64,000 bases of DNA, from NCBI GenBank assembly GCA_963676395.1, contig OY781066.1, positions 1,120,001 through 1,184,000 on the forward strand, given 5' to 3'. The notes below the pieces were generated by a model. The model ran no database searches. It was given only the letters and a program-made list of their open reading frames with translations, and was not told where the DNA came from. Shown here piece after piece: positions 28,335-38,778 of the stretch. The first letter of the stretch is position 1; every line of letters begins with the position of its first letter. The translations under genes and the position numbers were made by a program. The DNA comes from a bacterium (GTDB lineage: Bacteria > Fidelibacterota > Fidelibacteria > Fidelibacterales > Fidelibacteraceae).

Positions 28335-29603
28335 TTATAATTGATATTGTTTTTTCAAGCTCTCATAAACAGACGAATCCAAAAACACTTTGAACAACAT
28401 TTTATCTTCGACAAAACGACTTTCCAACACTTCGCCCAAGCGATGAAGATCTGCGATCAATTTTCCTTCACCGGGATCCACATAAAAATGATGCACAAAA
28501 GAACTGTCGTCAATACGCTTAATAATCTCTTCTATAAGTTTTTCCAAGCCAATCCCGCGTTGCGCAGAAATACAGAAGCATCCGGGATACTCTCTTTTAA
28601 CATACTTTACCGCCTCGACGCTATCCAGCATATCAGTTTTGTTAAATACCGTCACGAATTTCTTTTCGGGAATATCAAACTCCTGCAAAACTTCATCAAT
28701 AGTATCCATGTGTTCTTTAAAATTCGGATCAGAAATATCTATGATCTTTAGTAACAAGTCCGCCGTTTCAGCTTCCTTTAAGGTAGAACGAAAAGATGCC
28801 ACCAATTGGTGAGGAAGCTTTTGAATAAAACCAACCGTATCGCTTAAATAGATGGTATGTGAACTATCAAGCTGAACACGTCGTACTGTTGTATCCAACG
28901 TTTTAAACAACTGATCTTCCACATCTACGGAAGGACCCGCAAGGTGATTCATCATAGTTGATTTTCCGGCATTGGTATATCCTACCAACGCTACATTAAA
29001 CCGACGAGAACGAGACTTGCGTTTTGTATCTAATTGTACGGATATTTTTTCCAGATCTTGTTTAAGTTTTTTAATACGATCTCTCAGCAATCGCCTATCT
29101 ATCTCAATCTGAGTTTCACCGGGGCCACCGCGCATACCGATACCACCTGCTTGACGCTCAAGATGAGTCCACTGTTTAGCTAACCTTGGTAACAAGTATT
29201 CCGCTTCAGCCAATTGGACCTGAGTTTTTGCTTCGCGCGTTCTTGCGTGCATGGTGAAAATATCTAAGATTAAAGCAGATCTATCTACGATCTTGAATCC
29301 GGGAAAATCCGCTTCAAGGAATTTCTGTTGAGAGGGTGATAATTCATCATCAAATATGATAACATCCGCATCGTGTTCCTGGGCTAACTTTCCCAGCATA
29401 TTCAGTTTACCGGTTCCAAAATAGTGTTTAGGATGAATGGTTTCTCTCGACTGGATCAAAGAGTCCACAACCGTAGCTCCTGCAGTCTCTGCCAATCTAC
29501 CCAATTCTTCAATTGACCGTTCCGTATGGTCTACTTTACCCGGTAATGCAACAGCACACAAGATGGCTGTTTCGGGTTTTTTTTGTATATCGTGCATTCC
29601 CAT
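28335..29603 (-). CDS. hflX: GTPase HflX
   Basis: FDDELSPSQ, DRSALILDIF, GPGETQIEIDRR, VGYTNAGKST, LDTTVR, DTVGFI, FNKTD. Confidence 0.96.
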   Translation of the reverse strand: MGMHDIQKKPETAILCAVALPGKVDHTERSIEELGRLAETAGATVVDSLIQSRETIHPKHYFGTGKLNMLGKLAQEHDADVIIFDDELSPSQQKFLEADFPGFKIVDRSALILDIFTMHARTREAKTQVQLAEAEYLLPRLAKQWTHLERQAGGIGMRGGPGETQIEIDRRLLRDRIKKLKQDLEKISVQLDTKRKSRSRRFNVALVGYTNAGKSTMMNHLAGPSVDVEDQLFKTLDTTVRRVQLDSSHTIYLSDTVGFIQKLPHQLVASFRSTLKEAETADLLLKIIDISDPNFKEHMDTIDEVLQEFDIPEKKFVTVFNKTDMLDSVEAVKYVKREYPGCFCISAQRGIGLEKLIEEIIKRIDDSSFVHHFYVDPGEGKLIADLHRLGEVLESRFVEDKMLFKVFLDSSVYESLKKQYQL

Positions 29604-31348
29604 TATTCGGTACTTTCTCCTTTTCGTATCAACAATAGCTCAAAGATAATACATAGCATTGCAAATAAGAAAAACAAAGTTTGCCCTTTTCTTCCTCTGA
29701 TCTGTTCCGCAATTCCTTTCGGATCCTCACGATCATACTCCAAAATATCATAAGATGCCAGATCCATCATCAATTGTTCACATTCATCCTTAGCCGGATT
29801 TACAGCAAAACTCCATTCCTTTTCATCACTCTTTAACATATAAAAACCAGGAATGTCAGTATGTGTAAACTGCTCCTTAACATTAAATATAGAGCCACCA
29901 GGTGTTGTCACTTCCACAAAACCTTTCCCTAAATCCACAACATCACCAAGTTCATATTGTAACAAGCTGTTATCGACAGATTGAATAATAAATTGATTTA
30001 AGCTTTGCAAAAAATAAGGAGATAAACCCATTTCATTCCATTTAAAATCAAGAGGCGATAATAATACATATAGTTTTTCGCTGGATCTAAACAATATCGG
30101 CTCTCCAGAATCCAACTCCCAAATATGTTCACGATTTTCTTTATCGGTCTTAAAATATTTATTGACCTTAAAACTACTTTCAGGATTATCTTTTGCTCTA
30201 AAATTCATATATCCATCAAGATTTGATTCTTTTTTTAATTTGCCACTATATTTTTCCCAAATCTTGCTTTGACTTTTTTCTCCTGAAACACTCAACACAA
30301 CGGGATGTTTTTGCGAAAATGCCAAAATACGATCTTGAAGTTTACCCTGCATATTTAAGAAAGCATTCAACCAAATCATATCAAAATTATTCAGGTCTTC
30401 TTTTGTCATATCTTCCATAGAACTAAGCTTAAGATCAACATTTTCCATAGCGCTAAGTGCTTTATACACATATGTGGAGTTTTGATTTTGATCATCAACC
30501 AGAAGGATGCGAATATTATTTTTCTTGTTTAAAATAAGGTAGCGCTTATTATCTTCCGGATAGTCATCCTGAGGGCCTTCAACCATACAAAATATTTGTT
30601 GATCGTTCAATCCCGTAACATGATAATCGATATACCCCGATCCGGTATTGTAAGCTTTTCCAATACGCTTAGAATTAACATAAACATTTGCACTTAGCTG
30701 CTCGACATCTTTATTCTTGCCTAAAAGAAAACTGATCTTCCGGGCACCCGAATCCTCTATATATTTTTCCTGCAAATCAACAATGGATATACTTAAGGCT
30801 TGTTTTGTTAAAGGAAGAACATACAGTGAAAGCTCAAGCTTATTCAGTTCAGATAATAGGTTCCGGTTTTGTTCGTTCTGTTGAAAGTCGCTAACAAAGA
30901 TCACATGACATACACCCGAATAATTTTCACAATAATCTTTTACTTTTAACAGCAAACTATCCTTCGAGGAATGTTCATTAAACATTATAAGATCCCAAGT
31001 ATTCAGTGCCTGAATCAACTGATCGGAATTGTCAATATAATCGGGATCTATCTGCGTGCTATAACTTTTATCAAGAATGATCAAACCTTTGTCCAAAGAT
31101 CTATTTGCTCTGTTAAAGAACGGTTGAGCTAAAATAAATACAAGCATTAAAATAAAGAGAGCTCTCAACAGCAAAATCAACCATCTCTGCCACTGCAGGC
31201 GTTGCATGGATTCGCGTTCTATTTCTCTTAAAAACTTTAAAGACGAAAAAGGTAACGGTCGGTAATTACGCTCACCAAAAAGATGAATGATAAAGGGCAC
31301 TGCGGCTAGTATACCAAGGAATAATAATGTTGGGAATAAAAAGCTCAT
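29603..31348 (-). CDS. BatA domain-containing membrane protein
   Basis: N-terminal MSFLFP..L....AVPFIIHLF...FSSLKFL...LLLLRAL double-TM BatA motif; ILDKSYS vWA-like start; C-terminal TM segment. Confidence 0.8.
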   Translation of the reverse strand: MSFLFPTLLFLGILAAVPFIIHLFGERNYRPLPFSSLKFLREIERESMQRLQWQRWLILLLRALFILMLVFILAQPFFNRANRSLDKGLIILDKSYSTQIDPDYIDNSDQLIQALNTWDLIMFNEHSSKDSLLLKVKDYCENYSGVCHVIFVSDFQQNEQNRNLLSELNKLELSLYVLPLTKQALSISIVDLQEKYIEDSGARKISFLLGKNKDVEQLSANVYVNSKRIGKAYNTGSGYIDYHVTGLNDQQIFCMVEGPQDDYPEDNKRYLILNKKNNIRILLVDDQNQNSTYVYKALSAMENVDLKLSSMEDMTKEDLNNFDMIWLNAFLNMQGKLQDRILAFSQKHPVVLSVSGEKSQSKIWEKYSGKLKKESNLDGYMNFRAKDNPESSFKVNKYFKTDKENREHIWELDSGEPILFRSSEKLYVLLSPLDFKWNEMGLSPYFLQSLNQFIIQSVDNSLLQYELGDVVDLGKGFVEVTTPGGSIFNVKEQFTHTDIPGFYMLKSDEKEWSFAVNPAKDECEQLMMDLASYDILEYDREDPKGIAEQIRGRKGQTLFFLFAMLCIIFELLLIRKGESTE

Positions 31349-31383
31349 TGGAGTAAGATAGGAAAATTATAGCTTAATATCAA
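31349..31383 (-). promoter_or_regulatory. Sigma70-type promoter, leaderless transcript
   Basis: Minus strand TTGATA, 17 nt, TATCTT, 6 nt, ATG 31348. Confidence 0.55.
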
Positions 31384-31417
31384 TAGCCTTGGGCTTTATT
31401 GAACCTGCGAAATATTT

Positions 31418-31599
31418 TATCATCTCAACCGGAGAAAACCACCAATGCCGGCAAACGAAGCAGAGAGCTCTATTCACGATTTGCAGTATAAAGAATGGAG
31501 TCGAAAGAGAAATTCAATTTAATTTTCTCAATAAATCAATACGTGGATAGATCTCTCCACTTCGTCCAACTTAATATCTGAACTTAGAGCAAGATGACA
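31418..31599. repeat. Degenerate REP/MITE-like palindromic element
   Basis: Ends TATCATCTCAA...CAAGATGACA are inverted; internal CGAAGCAGAGAGCTCT pairs with AGATCTCTCCACTTCG. Confidence 0.5.
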
Positions 31600-31615
31600 A
31601 TTAAAATCGCGTTTT

Positions 31616-32926
31616 TTAATACCGCTTTTCTATTTCACTCCCTCTGAAATAATGTGCGAGAATAGTTTTATAATCGCGACCGGCATTCGCCTGGGCGACG
31701 GCACCTGTCTGACACATACCCACACCATGTCCCCAACCCGCACCGGTAAAAATGAATGAAATGGGTTTTTCAATGGGGCCTACCTTATCTACATAAAAAC
31801 ATGAACTCTTTAGAGGAGATTCCCAAAGCATTCGAATATTCAATTCACCCTTCTGGCGACAGTGACCTTCAGTGCCGATATATAAAATATCATAAATTCT
31901 TCCCGACACACCTCGTTCGATAGGAATAATATCATAAATCAAACCGATATCTTTAATTTTCTCAGCGACAGCCTTACTTAATACGTCGGGCGTGATGGTT
32001 CTTTTCCATCGAAAATGATCCTTACTCCATTCGGGAGTATCACCTGATGGTTTACACCATACATCGGGTTCCGAGCCAATCCATTCTTTTATATCGTCTG
32101 CCTGTGTTAAGTCAAGTTCAATCTCACTATCCATATCCGGATGACCACTCCATTGTTCTGCATGCCCCGATCTATCCGGCCAAACATTTTCTATATTTTC
32201 TGAGTGTCCTCCACAATTCGAAGCATAGTATGCAGCCATAGTTTCCCCGTTTACAACTAAAACTTCACCACGAGTTTCAGAAACGGCTTTTTTTACCGCG
32301 TCATTCGCTTTTGTGATACCCGAATAAACCTGGCAATAAATATCAGCGGTTAACATATGATGTTCACCAGCATATTTGCCTGTTTCAAGACCAATCGTAG
32401 CTTCCGAGCGAGCACATAATGTCTGCGCCTTTAAAGCCTCTAAGGGTGCTGATGTGCCAATCTCTGATGGCACAACGCCCAATAAATAGGTTTCCATATC
32501 AAGAATTGAAACCACATCGATCTTATTGTTCTCATTAATGAAAAACTCAAGATCTCCAAGATATTTCCGGTCTTCTTTTCCTTCCCAAAACCAACCGATA
32601 CCATAAGGAACCGCTTTAATACCAATGGGATTATTTCTATCGCTATTCTTAATGGTTAATTCTGTACCCCTGATGAGAATTTTATCTTTTGAATCGATCA
32701 ATCGCAATTCATTACCTTCAAGCGTAATCCTAAATTCTTTGTTGCCTCGAAGGTTGGCTTTTTTATCATTCTGATTTTTTAACTGAATTTTAGAACTGGA
32801 ATTTAAATTAATGATATCTTCCGTATACATGATCCTGACCCTGACCTCAGGGTTTTCAGCATATAAAAACGAAATCGCAAATACCACAATCACAAATATG
32901 ATCAATAAAGATTTTTTCTTCATCAT
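31616..32926 (-). CDS. SpoIID/LytB domain lytic transglycosylase, exported
   Basis: Signal peptide; ETYLLGVVPSE, EALKAQ, CQVYSG, YYASNCGG, GAGWGHGVGMCQTGA. Confidence 0.92.
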   Translation of the reverse strand: MMKKKSLLIIFVIVVFAISFLYAENPEVRVRIMYTEDIINLNSSSKIQLKNQNDKKANLRGNKEFRITLEGNELRLIDSKDKILIRGTELTIKNSDRNNPIGIKAVPYGIGWFWEGKEDRKYLGDLEFFINENNKIDVVSILDMETYLLGVVPSEIGTSAPLEALKAQTLCARSEATIGLETGKYAGEHHMLTADIYCQVYSGITKANDAVKKAVSETRGEVLVVNGETMAAYYASNCGGHSENIENVWPDRSGHAEQWSGHPDMDSEIELDLTQADDIKEWIGSEPDVWCKPSGDTPEWSKDHFRWKRTITPDVLSKAVAEKIKDIGLIYDIIPIERGVSGRIYDILYIGTEGHCRQKGELNIRMLWESPLKSSCFYVDKVGPIEKPISFIFTGAGWGHGVGMCQTGAVAQANAGRDYKTILAHYFRGSEIEKRY

Positions 32927-33081
32927 TACTCCTTAATGTTAAGAGGAAATGTAATAAGAAAATGATCTTTATAAAAGAGTAAATCAATAGCCTGAGATTA
33001 AAATATAACTTCTTGAAACCTGACAAATGGATGGTTAAAATTATGCCAAGTTCGAAGTGATTTTAATTCGTTTAGTATTAA

Positions 33082-34023
33082 CTAAAACCTCTTCGTATAC
33101 CCATGACAATAAGGAAGGGTTCCTTTGCGGGTATAATAATCTTGATGGTAGTTTTCGGCCTCATAAAAGGGTTTTGCTTTAAGTACTTTGGTAGCAACTT
33201 TTAAACCCTTTTTCTCAAGAATATCAATCAAATTTTGAGCGACTGCTTTCTGCTCCTCGTCTTGATAAAAAACAGCTGATCTATATTGCTTACCAATATC
33301 AGGACCCTGACCGTTTTTTTGAGTAGGATCATGAATCTCAAAAAAGCGCTTGGCTATCGTTTCGTAATCTACAACCTTGGGATCAAAAACGATCTCAACC
33401 GCTTCATAGTGGCCGGTATGACGGTACAAAACATCTTGATAACTTGGGTTTTCCGTACGTCCACCGGTATACCCCGATACGACAGATTTTACACCATCAA
33501 GTTGTTGCATATAATACTCAACACCCCAAAAACAACCACCTGCAAAAATCGCTTTTTCTTCCAATTTTAAATCTCCCGGTATAAACTCCATCGAAATAGA
33601 ATTTACGCAATGTCGGGTGTTTTTTGGAGTGAAACCTTCACCCTTGAACACATGTCCCAAATGTCCTTTGCAATTGGCACAAATTATTTCGGTTCTCCTG
33701 CCATCAGCATCCGGCACATGCTCTACAGCCCCTTCAATTTCATCATCAAAACTTGGCCATCCGCAATGTGATTCAAATTTATCACTTGAATAGTATAAAG
33801 GTGTGCCACATTGCCTGCATACATAGGTACCTTCGCGTTTTTCGTTTAACAACTCACCGGTATATGGCCGTTCAGTACCTTTATCAAGTATAACATGCTT
33901 TTCGTTCTCATCTAAAATATTATATTTATTATCATTCATATCAGTCCCCTGAGATAAACTGACAACTAAAACTAATGCCAGTATAAATAAAAATAACTTG
34001 TTCATCGTTTTCGGACAGCTCAT
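33082..34023 (-). CDS. msrAB: Bifunctional methionine sulfoxide reductase MsrB-MsrA with N-terminal signal or anchor
   Basis: GTERPYTG, CGWPSFD, HLGHVF, RHCVNS (MsrB); FAGGCFWGVE, HDPTQ, AENYHQDY (MsrA). Start at ATG 34023 behind AAGGAGG. Confidence 0.93.
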   Translation of the reverse strand: MSCPKTMNKLFLFILALVLVVSLSQGTDMNDNKYNILDENEKHVILDKGTERPYTGELLNEKREGTYVCRQCGTPLYYSSDKFESHCGWPSFDDEIEGAVEHVPDADGRRTEIICANCKGHLGHVFKGEGFTPKNTRHCVNSISMEFIPGDLKLEEKAIFAGGCFWGVEYYMQQLDGVKSVVSGYTGGRTENPSYQDVLYRHTGHYEAVEIVFDPKVVDYETIAKRFFEIHDPTQKNGQGPDIGKQYRSAVFYQDEEQKAVAQNLIDILEKKGLKVATKVLKAKPFYEAENYHQDYYTRKGTLPYCHGYTKRF

Positions 34024-34084
34024 AACAGCCTCCTTTTTTAGGATTAAACGATACTCCAAGTTATTGTTCCCAATATAATTAGGT

Positions 34085-34456
34085 CTATTTTTTTAACAAT
34101 TCGTTTATTTTTTCAACAATCTCTGCACGCCTGATAGGTTTTGAAAAATAAGCATCAAATCCATCTTGAAGGATTTTTTCTTTTTCATTGTCCAGGGCAT
34201 ATGCGGTTTGTGCTATAATGGGAAGATCGGGACGAAGGGATTTTATTTGCTTCATTGCCGATCGACCATCAAGATAGGGCATTTTTATATCCATTAATAC
34301 AATATCAATCGCAGGATCATATTTGCACTTTTCAACTGCATCTTTGCCATTGTTTACCCCAACGAATTCAACTTGTCCGTCATTAAGTATTTCTTTCAGG
34401 TACTCGTGACTGACTCGATCATCTTCTGCAATTAGTATCTTTACCATAATTTTCAT
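34085..34456 (-). CDS. Single-domain response regulator (CheY-like receiver)
   Basis: ILIAEDD, VLMDIKMP, IAQTAYA, FSKP. Confidence 0.9.
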   Translation of the reverse strand: MKIMVKILIAEDDRVSHEYLKEILNDGQVEFVGVNNGKDAVEKCKYDPAIDIVLMDIKMPYLDGRSAMKQIKSLRPDLPIIAQTAYALDNEKEKILQDGFDAYFSKPIRRAEIVEKINELLKK

Positions 34457-34642
34457 CCGCCTACATGTATTATTCTGCTAGAGGAATATAAAGATTCGAA
34501 TTCGAATTGAAAAGTTAATTTTCTAAAGTAAAAAATCATTATTGGATGTTCAATATTCGACATTCTCATGAGCGCTTTCCGAATAGCTATTGGTTATACA
34601 TCGAAAAAAAGTTATATTTAAAAGCTATCGAGAAAGGAAACC

Positions 34643-35683
34643 ATGCGCGCTGCAGTTTTTCACCATTCATATGAACCTCTTTCAATAGAAGATGTTGCCA
34701 TCCCAAGTGTGGGAACTCACGAGGTTAAAGTTAAAATACAGACTTGTTCTATCTGTCATACCGACATACAATTCATTGATCAAGGTATGGCCCCAAACAT
34801 GAAACCTCCAATCATTCTTGGTCATGAAATAGCAGGCATTATTGATGAAATAGGTCCCGAGGTTAAAAAATTCAAGCCCGGAGACAGGGTGATTATTCCC
34901 GCAACAATTACCTGTAACACATGCCTTGCCTGTAAATCATGGAACGAAACTCATTGTGAAAATATCAAACGCATTGGTATAGATACCAATGGCGGCTTTA
35001 CCGAATATATCGTTGTACCGGATTTTCATCCCTATCGTTTGCCATATGAATATACTTTTGAAGCCGGCTCACTTATATCGAATGTTCTTGTTGGTGCCTA
35101 TCATGTAGTATTTGACCGTATTAATATTCGGGCAGGAGAAAAGGTCGTTGTATTTGGAGCAGGTGGTTTTGGCCTGAGCATCCTTCAAATGGCTAAGCTA
35201 AAAGAAGCCAAAGTCACGGTTGTAGATATTTTTGACTGGAAACTTGCCGAAGCAAAAAAACTTGGTGCAGATCACATCCTCAATTCAAATAAAGTTAATG
35301 TCTGTGAAGAAGCGGTTATTGATACGGTTGGCGGTAAGCCCGATATCGTGATTGAAACCATCGGAGCTCCACGTACACTATTACAATCAATGAATGCACT
35401 CAAGAAAGGTGGCCGTCTGGTATTATGTGGTCTTACAGATCATTCATTACCATTCTTGATCGACAGGGTTATAGAGAACGAGATCTCTCTGATCGGTGCT
35501 TCTGGAGCGCCCAGAAGAAAAATTCCCGAGATTATACATTTACTCGAAGACGGAAAAATCACCTTGGACCACATGGTAACAAAACGTTTTGATCTGGAAC
35601 ATATCAATGAAGCAATTAATACACTACGCATGGGGCAAACAATAAGAACAATGATTTACCCCTTTGGTGTCGATAATAAATAG
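34643..35683 (+). CDS. Zinc-binding alcohol dehydrogenase (MDR family)
   Basis: ICHTD, LGHEIAG, CxxCxxC...C structural Zn site, GAGGFG. Confidence 0.9.
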   Translation: MRAAVFHHSYEPLSIEDVAIPSVGTHEVKVKIQTCSICHTDIQFIDQGMAPNMKPPIILGHEIAGIIDEIGPEVKKFKPGDRVIIPATITCNTCLACKSWNETHCENIKRIGIDTNGGFTEYIVVPDFHPYRLPYEYTFEAGSLISNVLVGAYHVVFDRINIRAGEKVVVFGAGGFGLSILQMAKLKEAKVTVVDIFDWKLAEAKKLGADHILNSNKVNVCEEAVIDTVGGKPDIVIETIGAPRTLLQSMNALKKGGRLVLCGLTDHSLPFLIDRVIENEISLIGASGAPRRKIPEIIHLLEDGKITLDHMVTKRFDLEHINEAINTLRMGQTIRTMIYPFGVDNK

Positions 35684-35691
35684 GAAGAAGA

Positions 35692-36432
35692 ATGAAAAGA
35701 CTGGTAATTATCCCAACTTACAACGAAAAAGCCAATATTTCTAAATTGGTTAGCAAGATCCAGGCTCAAAAAATCGATGATTTGGATATTTTATTTATTG
35801 ATGATAATTCTCCCGACGGAACCGGAGAAATCTTAAAATCATTTCAAAAAGACAATTCAAATTTAAAATTGATCCAGCGCCCGGGCAAACTCGGTTTAGG
35901 GACAGCTTACATCATGGGTTTTAAATACGGACTTGAAAACGGATACGACCAGATCGCTCAAATGGATGCTGACTTTTCTCATAACCCTTCTGACCTTGTC
36001 CCTTTATTTGAAGAAGCGGAAAAACACGATTGGGTAATCGGCTCACGCTATGTCTCCGGCGTTAATGTGGTCAATTGGCCCATGCGCCGACTTTTCCTTT
36101 CAAAAGGAGCCAATGTTTATACTCAACTCATCACCGGTTTACCCATCAAAGACGGAACCGCCGGTTTTAAATGTTGGAATCGCAGAGTTCTTGAAACTAT
36201 AGATCTCGATGCGGTACAATCTCGTGGTTATTCTTTTCAAATAGAAATGAATTTTCGCGCATGGAAAGCTGGTTTCAAATCACATGAACACTCTATTGTT
36301 TTCATCGATCGTACCGTTGGCGAATCTAAGATGTCAAAAAATATTATTTGGGAAGCCATCTTCATGGTATGGAAACTATTATTCTGGAACATATTCGGAA
36401 AAATAAAAACCGTTAAACACATAGATGCCTAA
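35692..36432 (+). CDS. Polyprenol monophosphomannose synthase (GT2, Ppm1-like)
   Basis: IIPTYNE, IDDNSPDGT, KLGLGTAY, MDADFSHNP, GSRYV, GYSFQIE. Confidence 0.9.
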   Translation: MKRLVIIPTYNEKANISKLVSKIQAQKIDDLDILFIDDNSPDGTGEILKSFQKDNSNLKLIQRPGKLGLGTAYIMGFKYGLENGYDQIAQMDADFSHNPSDLVPLFEEAEKHDWVIGSRYVSGVNVVNWPMRRLFLSKGANVYTQLITGLPIKDGTAGFKCWNRRVLETIDLDAVQSRGYSFQIEMNFRAWKAGFKSHEHSIVFIDRTVGESKMSKNIIWEAIFMVWKLLFWNIFGKIKTVKHIDA

Positions 36433-38458
36433 TCCCAACATATCCGTCATCATCGTTTCATATAATGTAAAAGGCTTTTTACAGCACTGTATTAATTCGG
36501 TAAAAAAAGCTTCTGAAGGTCTTGATGTTGAGCTTTTTGTCGTGGATAATAATTCTATTGACGGAACCGGAGAAATGGTCAAGAAAAACTTCCCTGATGT
36601 TCATTTCATTGGTAATTCTGTAAATTATGGCTTTGGAAAAGCAAACAACCAAGCATTGAAGCTTTCAAAAGGCAAATATGTTCTTTTTCTTAATCCCGAT
36701 ACCTTGATCGAAGAAAATACATTAAAAGTCTTTGTTGATTTTATGGACCAAAACCCTAAAGTGGGAATGGTGGGACCAAAAATTCTCAATTCAGACGGAA
36801 CCCTTCAATTGGCCTGCCGCAGATCCTTTCCTTCTCCGGGAGTTGCCTTGCCCAAACTTTTGGGTTTAAGCACCCTTTTTCCCAGGCACAAAAAATTCGG
36901 TAAATACAATCTCACCTATTTAGATCCGGATGAATCTTACCCGGTGGATGCCATAAGTGGTTCTTTTATGTTTTGTCACGGTGATTTAATCAGAGAACTC
37001 AAGGGGTTTGACGAAGATTTCTTTATGTATGGTGAAGATTTGGACCTTTGTCGTCGTGTTCAATTAAAAGGTTATCATGTATATTATTTACCCGATACAA
37101 CCATTATTCATCACAAAGGTGAAAGCTCAAAATCAGCTCCTTTTGACAGCCTTCTTGCTTTTTACAAAGCGATGGACATTTTTTTCAGAAAGCATTTTTC
37201 ATCCCTGTTCTCATTTATTACCACACTTTTCTTCAGATTTGGTATCGTCGCCCATTTGACCTTAAACTTTCTTGGAAAGGCAATGAGTCTTTTAAAGCGA
37301 CCCTTTTTAGATTCGATCATTATTTCAATGTCTCTTCTTTTCGGTATGCTAATCCGCTTTTCTGAAAATCTCTTGAAAGAATTTTTACATTTCTTTCCGG
37401 TACTGGGAATTTACCTGCTCATATATTTATCTTTCTTGATATTGGGAGGAGCATATCGTCGATCAAAACAATATGATTTTATTCGAGCGGCGGCCAGCTT
37501 GATACCGGGATTTATTGTTAATGGTTTTCTAACATTCTTTTTTGTGCCCTCTGCTCAATCACGTATCGTATATGTTATTTCTTTTGCCTTTATTCTTATA
37601 TTGCTCCCGGCTTGGCGTATTATCGCCTCACGCCGAAAAAGCAAACATTATCAGGAACACTCCGAAGCCGCACGAAGAACTTTGGTTATTGGTGCCGGTA
37701 AAGAAGGTCATATCATTGCCAATACATTAGCCCAGCATCCTCAATTGGGTTATCTTTTTGTAGGCTTTGCCGATAAAGATCTAAGTCATCCTAAGACAAT
37801 CGGCTCTACAAAAGATCTTTCTCTTTTAGTGCGATCCAGAGGTATTGACCATGTTATTTTCTCATCGGATGTCTTTAGTCTTGCCGAAATCATTTCCATG
37901 ATGGCCGAATTGGCGCATTTCCCGATCAGCATTAAAATCATTCCCGAAAAAGAAAACATGATCTTCGGAAAAGCTGCAATAGAAAGCTTGGAAGATATTT
38001 CGCTGGTAGAAATGGAATATACTATATTAAAACCCTCGTGGGCATTTGCAAAAAGATTAACGGACATTGTCGTTTCACTTCTTTTGATCCTCGTTCTTGC
38101 TTGCTTAGCTTTTCCCTCTAAATGGCTTTCCGGTTCCAAATATATTCGCTTTTCAGAGGATATTCCCAAAGGAAAGATCTGGCGCAAGAAAAAAAACAAT
38201 AAAGAACCCTGGTTATATTGGTATCCCATGCTTTTTTCCGTGCTCAGAGGAAAAATGACAATTGTTGGAGATCTGAAAAACATACCCAAGGGATCGAAAC
38301 GGTTTTATAAACCCGGCATAACCAGTATCATGCGTTCTGAAAAACCTTCATTACCCTCTCCTGAAGAACATGAAAGATTTATCCATTATTACATGAGCAA
38401 TTTTTCTTTCGTTTTAGATGCTGAGATTATCTTTAAAACTCTGGCGGTAAATAAATAA
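36425..38458 (+). CDS. GT2 glycosyltransferase fused to TM segments, a CoA-binding-like domain and a degenerate sugar-transferase domain
   Basis: VVDNNSIDGT, GFGKANN, FLNPDT, FFMYGEDLDLC, HHKGES; LVIGAG; KRLTDI...VLRGKMTIVG...KPGIT. Confidence 0.85.
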   Translation: MPNPNISVIIVSYNVKGFLQHCINSVKKASEGLDVELFVVDNNSIDGTGEMVKKNFPDVHFIGNSVNYGFGKANNQALKLSKGKYVLFLNPDTLIEENTLKVFVDFMDQNPKVGMVGPKILNSDGTLQLACRRSFPSPGVALPKLLGLSTLFPRHKKFGKYNLTYLDPDESYPVDAISGSFMFCHGDLIRELKGFDEDFFMYGEDLDLCRRVQLKGYHVYYLPDTTIIHHKGESSKSAPFDSLLAFYKAMDIFFRKHFSSLFSFITTLFFRFGIVAHLTLNFLGKAMSLLKRPFLDSIIISMSLLFGMLIRFSENLLKEFLHFFPVLGIYLLIYLSFLILGGAYRRSKQYDFIRAAASLIPGFIVNGFLTFFFVPSAQSRIVYVISFAFILILLPAWRIIASRRKSKHYQEHSEAARRTLVIGAGKEGHIIANTLAQHPQLGYLFVGFADKDLSHPKTIGSTKDLSLLVRSRGIDHVIFSSDVFSLAEIISMMAELAHFPISIKIIPEKENMIFGKAAIESLEDISLVEMEYTILKPSWAFAKRLTDIVVSLLLILVLACLAFPSKWLSGSKYIRFSEDIPKGKIWRKKKNNKEPWLYWYPMLFSVLRGKMTIVGDLKNIPKGSKRFYKPGITSIMRSEKPSLPSPEEHERFIHYYMSNFSFVLDAEIIFKTLAVNK

Positions 38459-38778
38459 TCATTTACCACTAGGGCGCAATATGAAAAAATTGTTCCTGTA
38501 TTGGCAGCTCTTTTATCATCTTGTATCCATTATATAAACCGAATAACAATCCAACAAACGGCATTATGATCAAGTGTGCTCGCCTGCTTGAAAAATATGA
38601 ATATTATTCCTGAGCCGGAAGTATTCGGGCATAGCCGATACATAACAGATCATTTGAATTATCATCACTTTTATGTGAGCGATCAATCTGAAAAAATCGT
38701 ATTCAATGCCATAGACCCACAACTCAAAAATCATAAACGTGATTGTTTTTTATGAAATTTATTTCATGTAATTAAATC

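Noticed and set aside
38480..38755. Possible lipoprotein pseudogene (MKK...LAALLSSC-like start)
   Set aside because: Needs several frameshifts and no family is recognisable; too weak to list as a feature.
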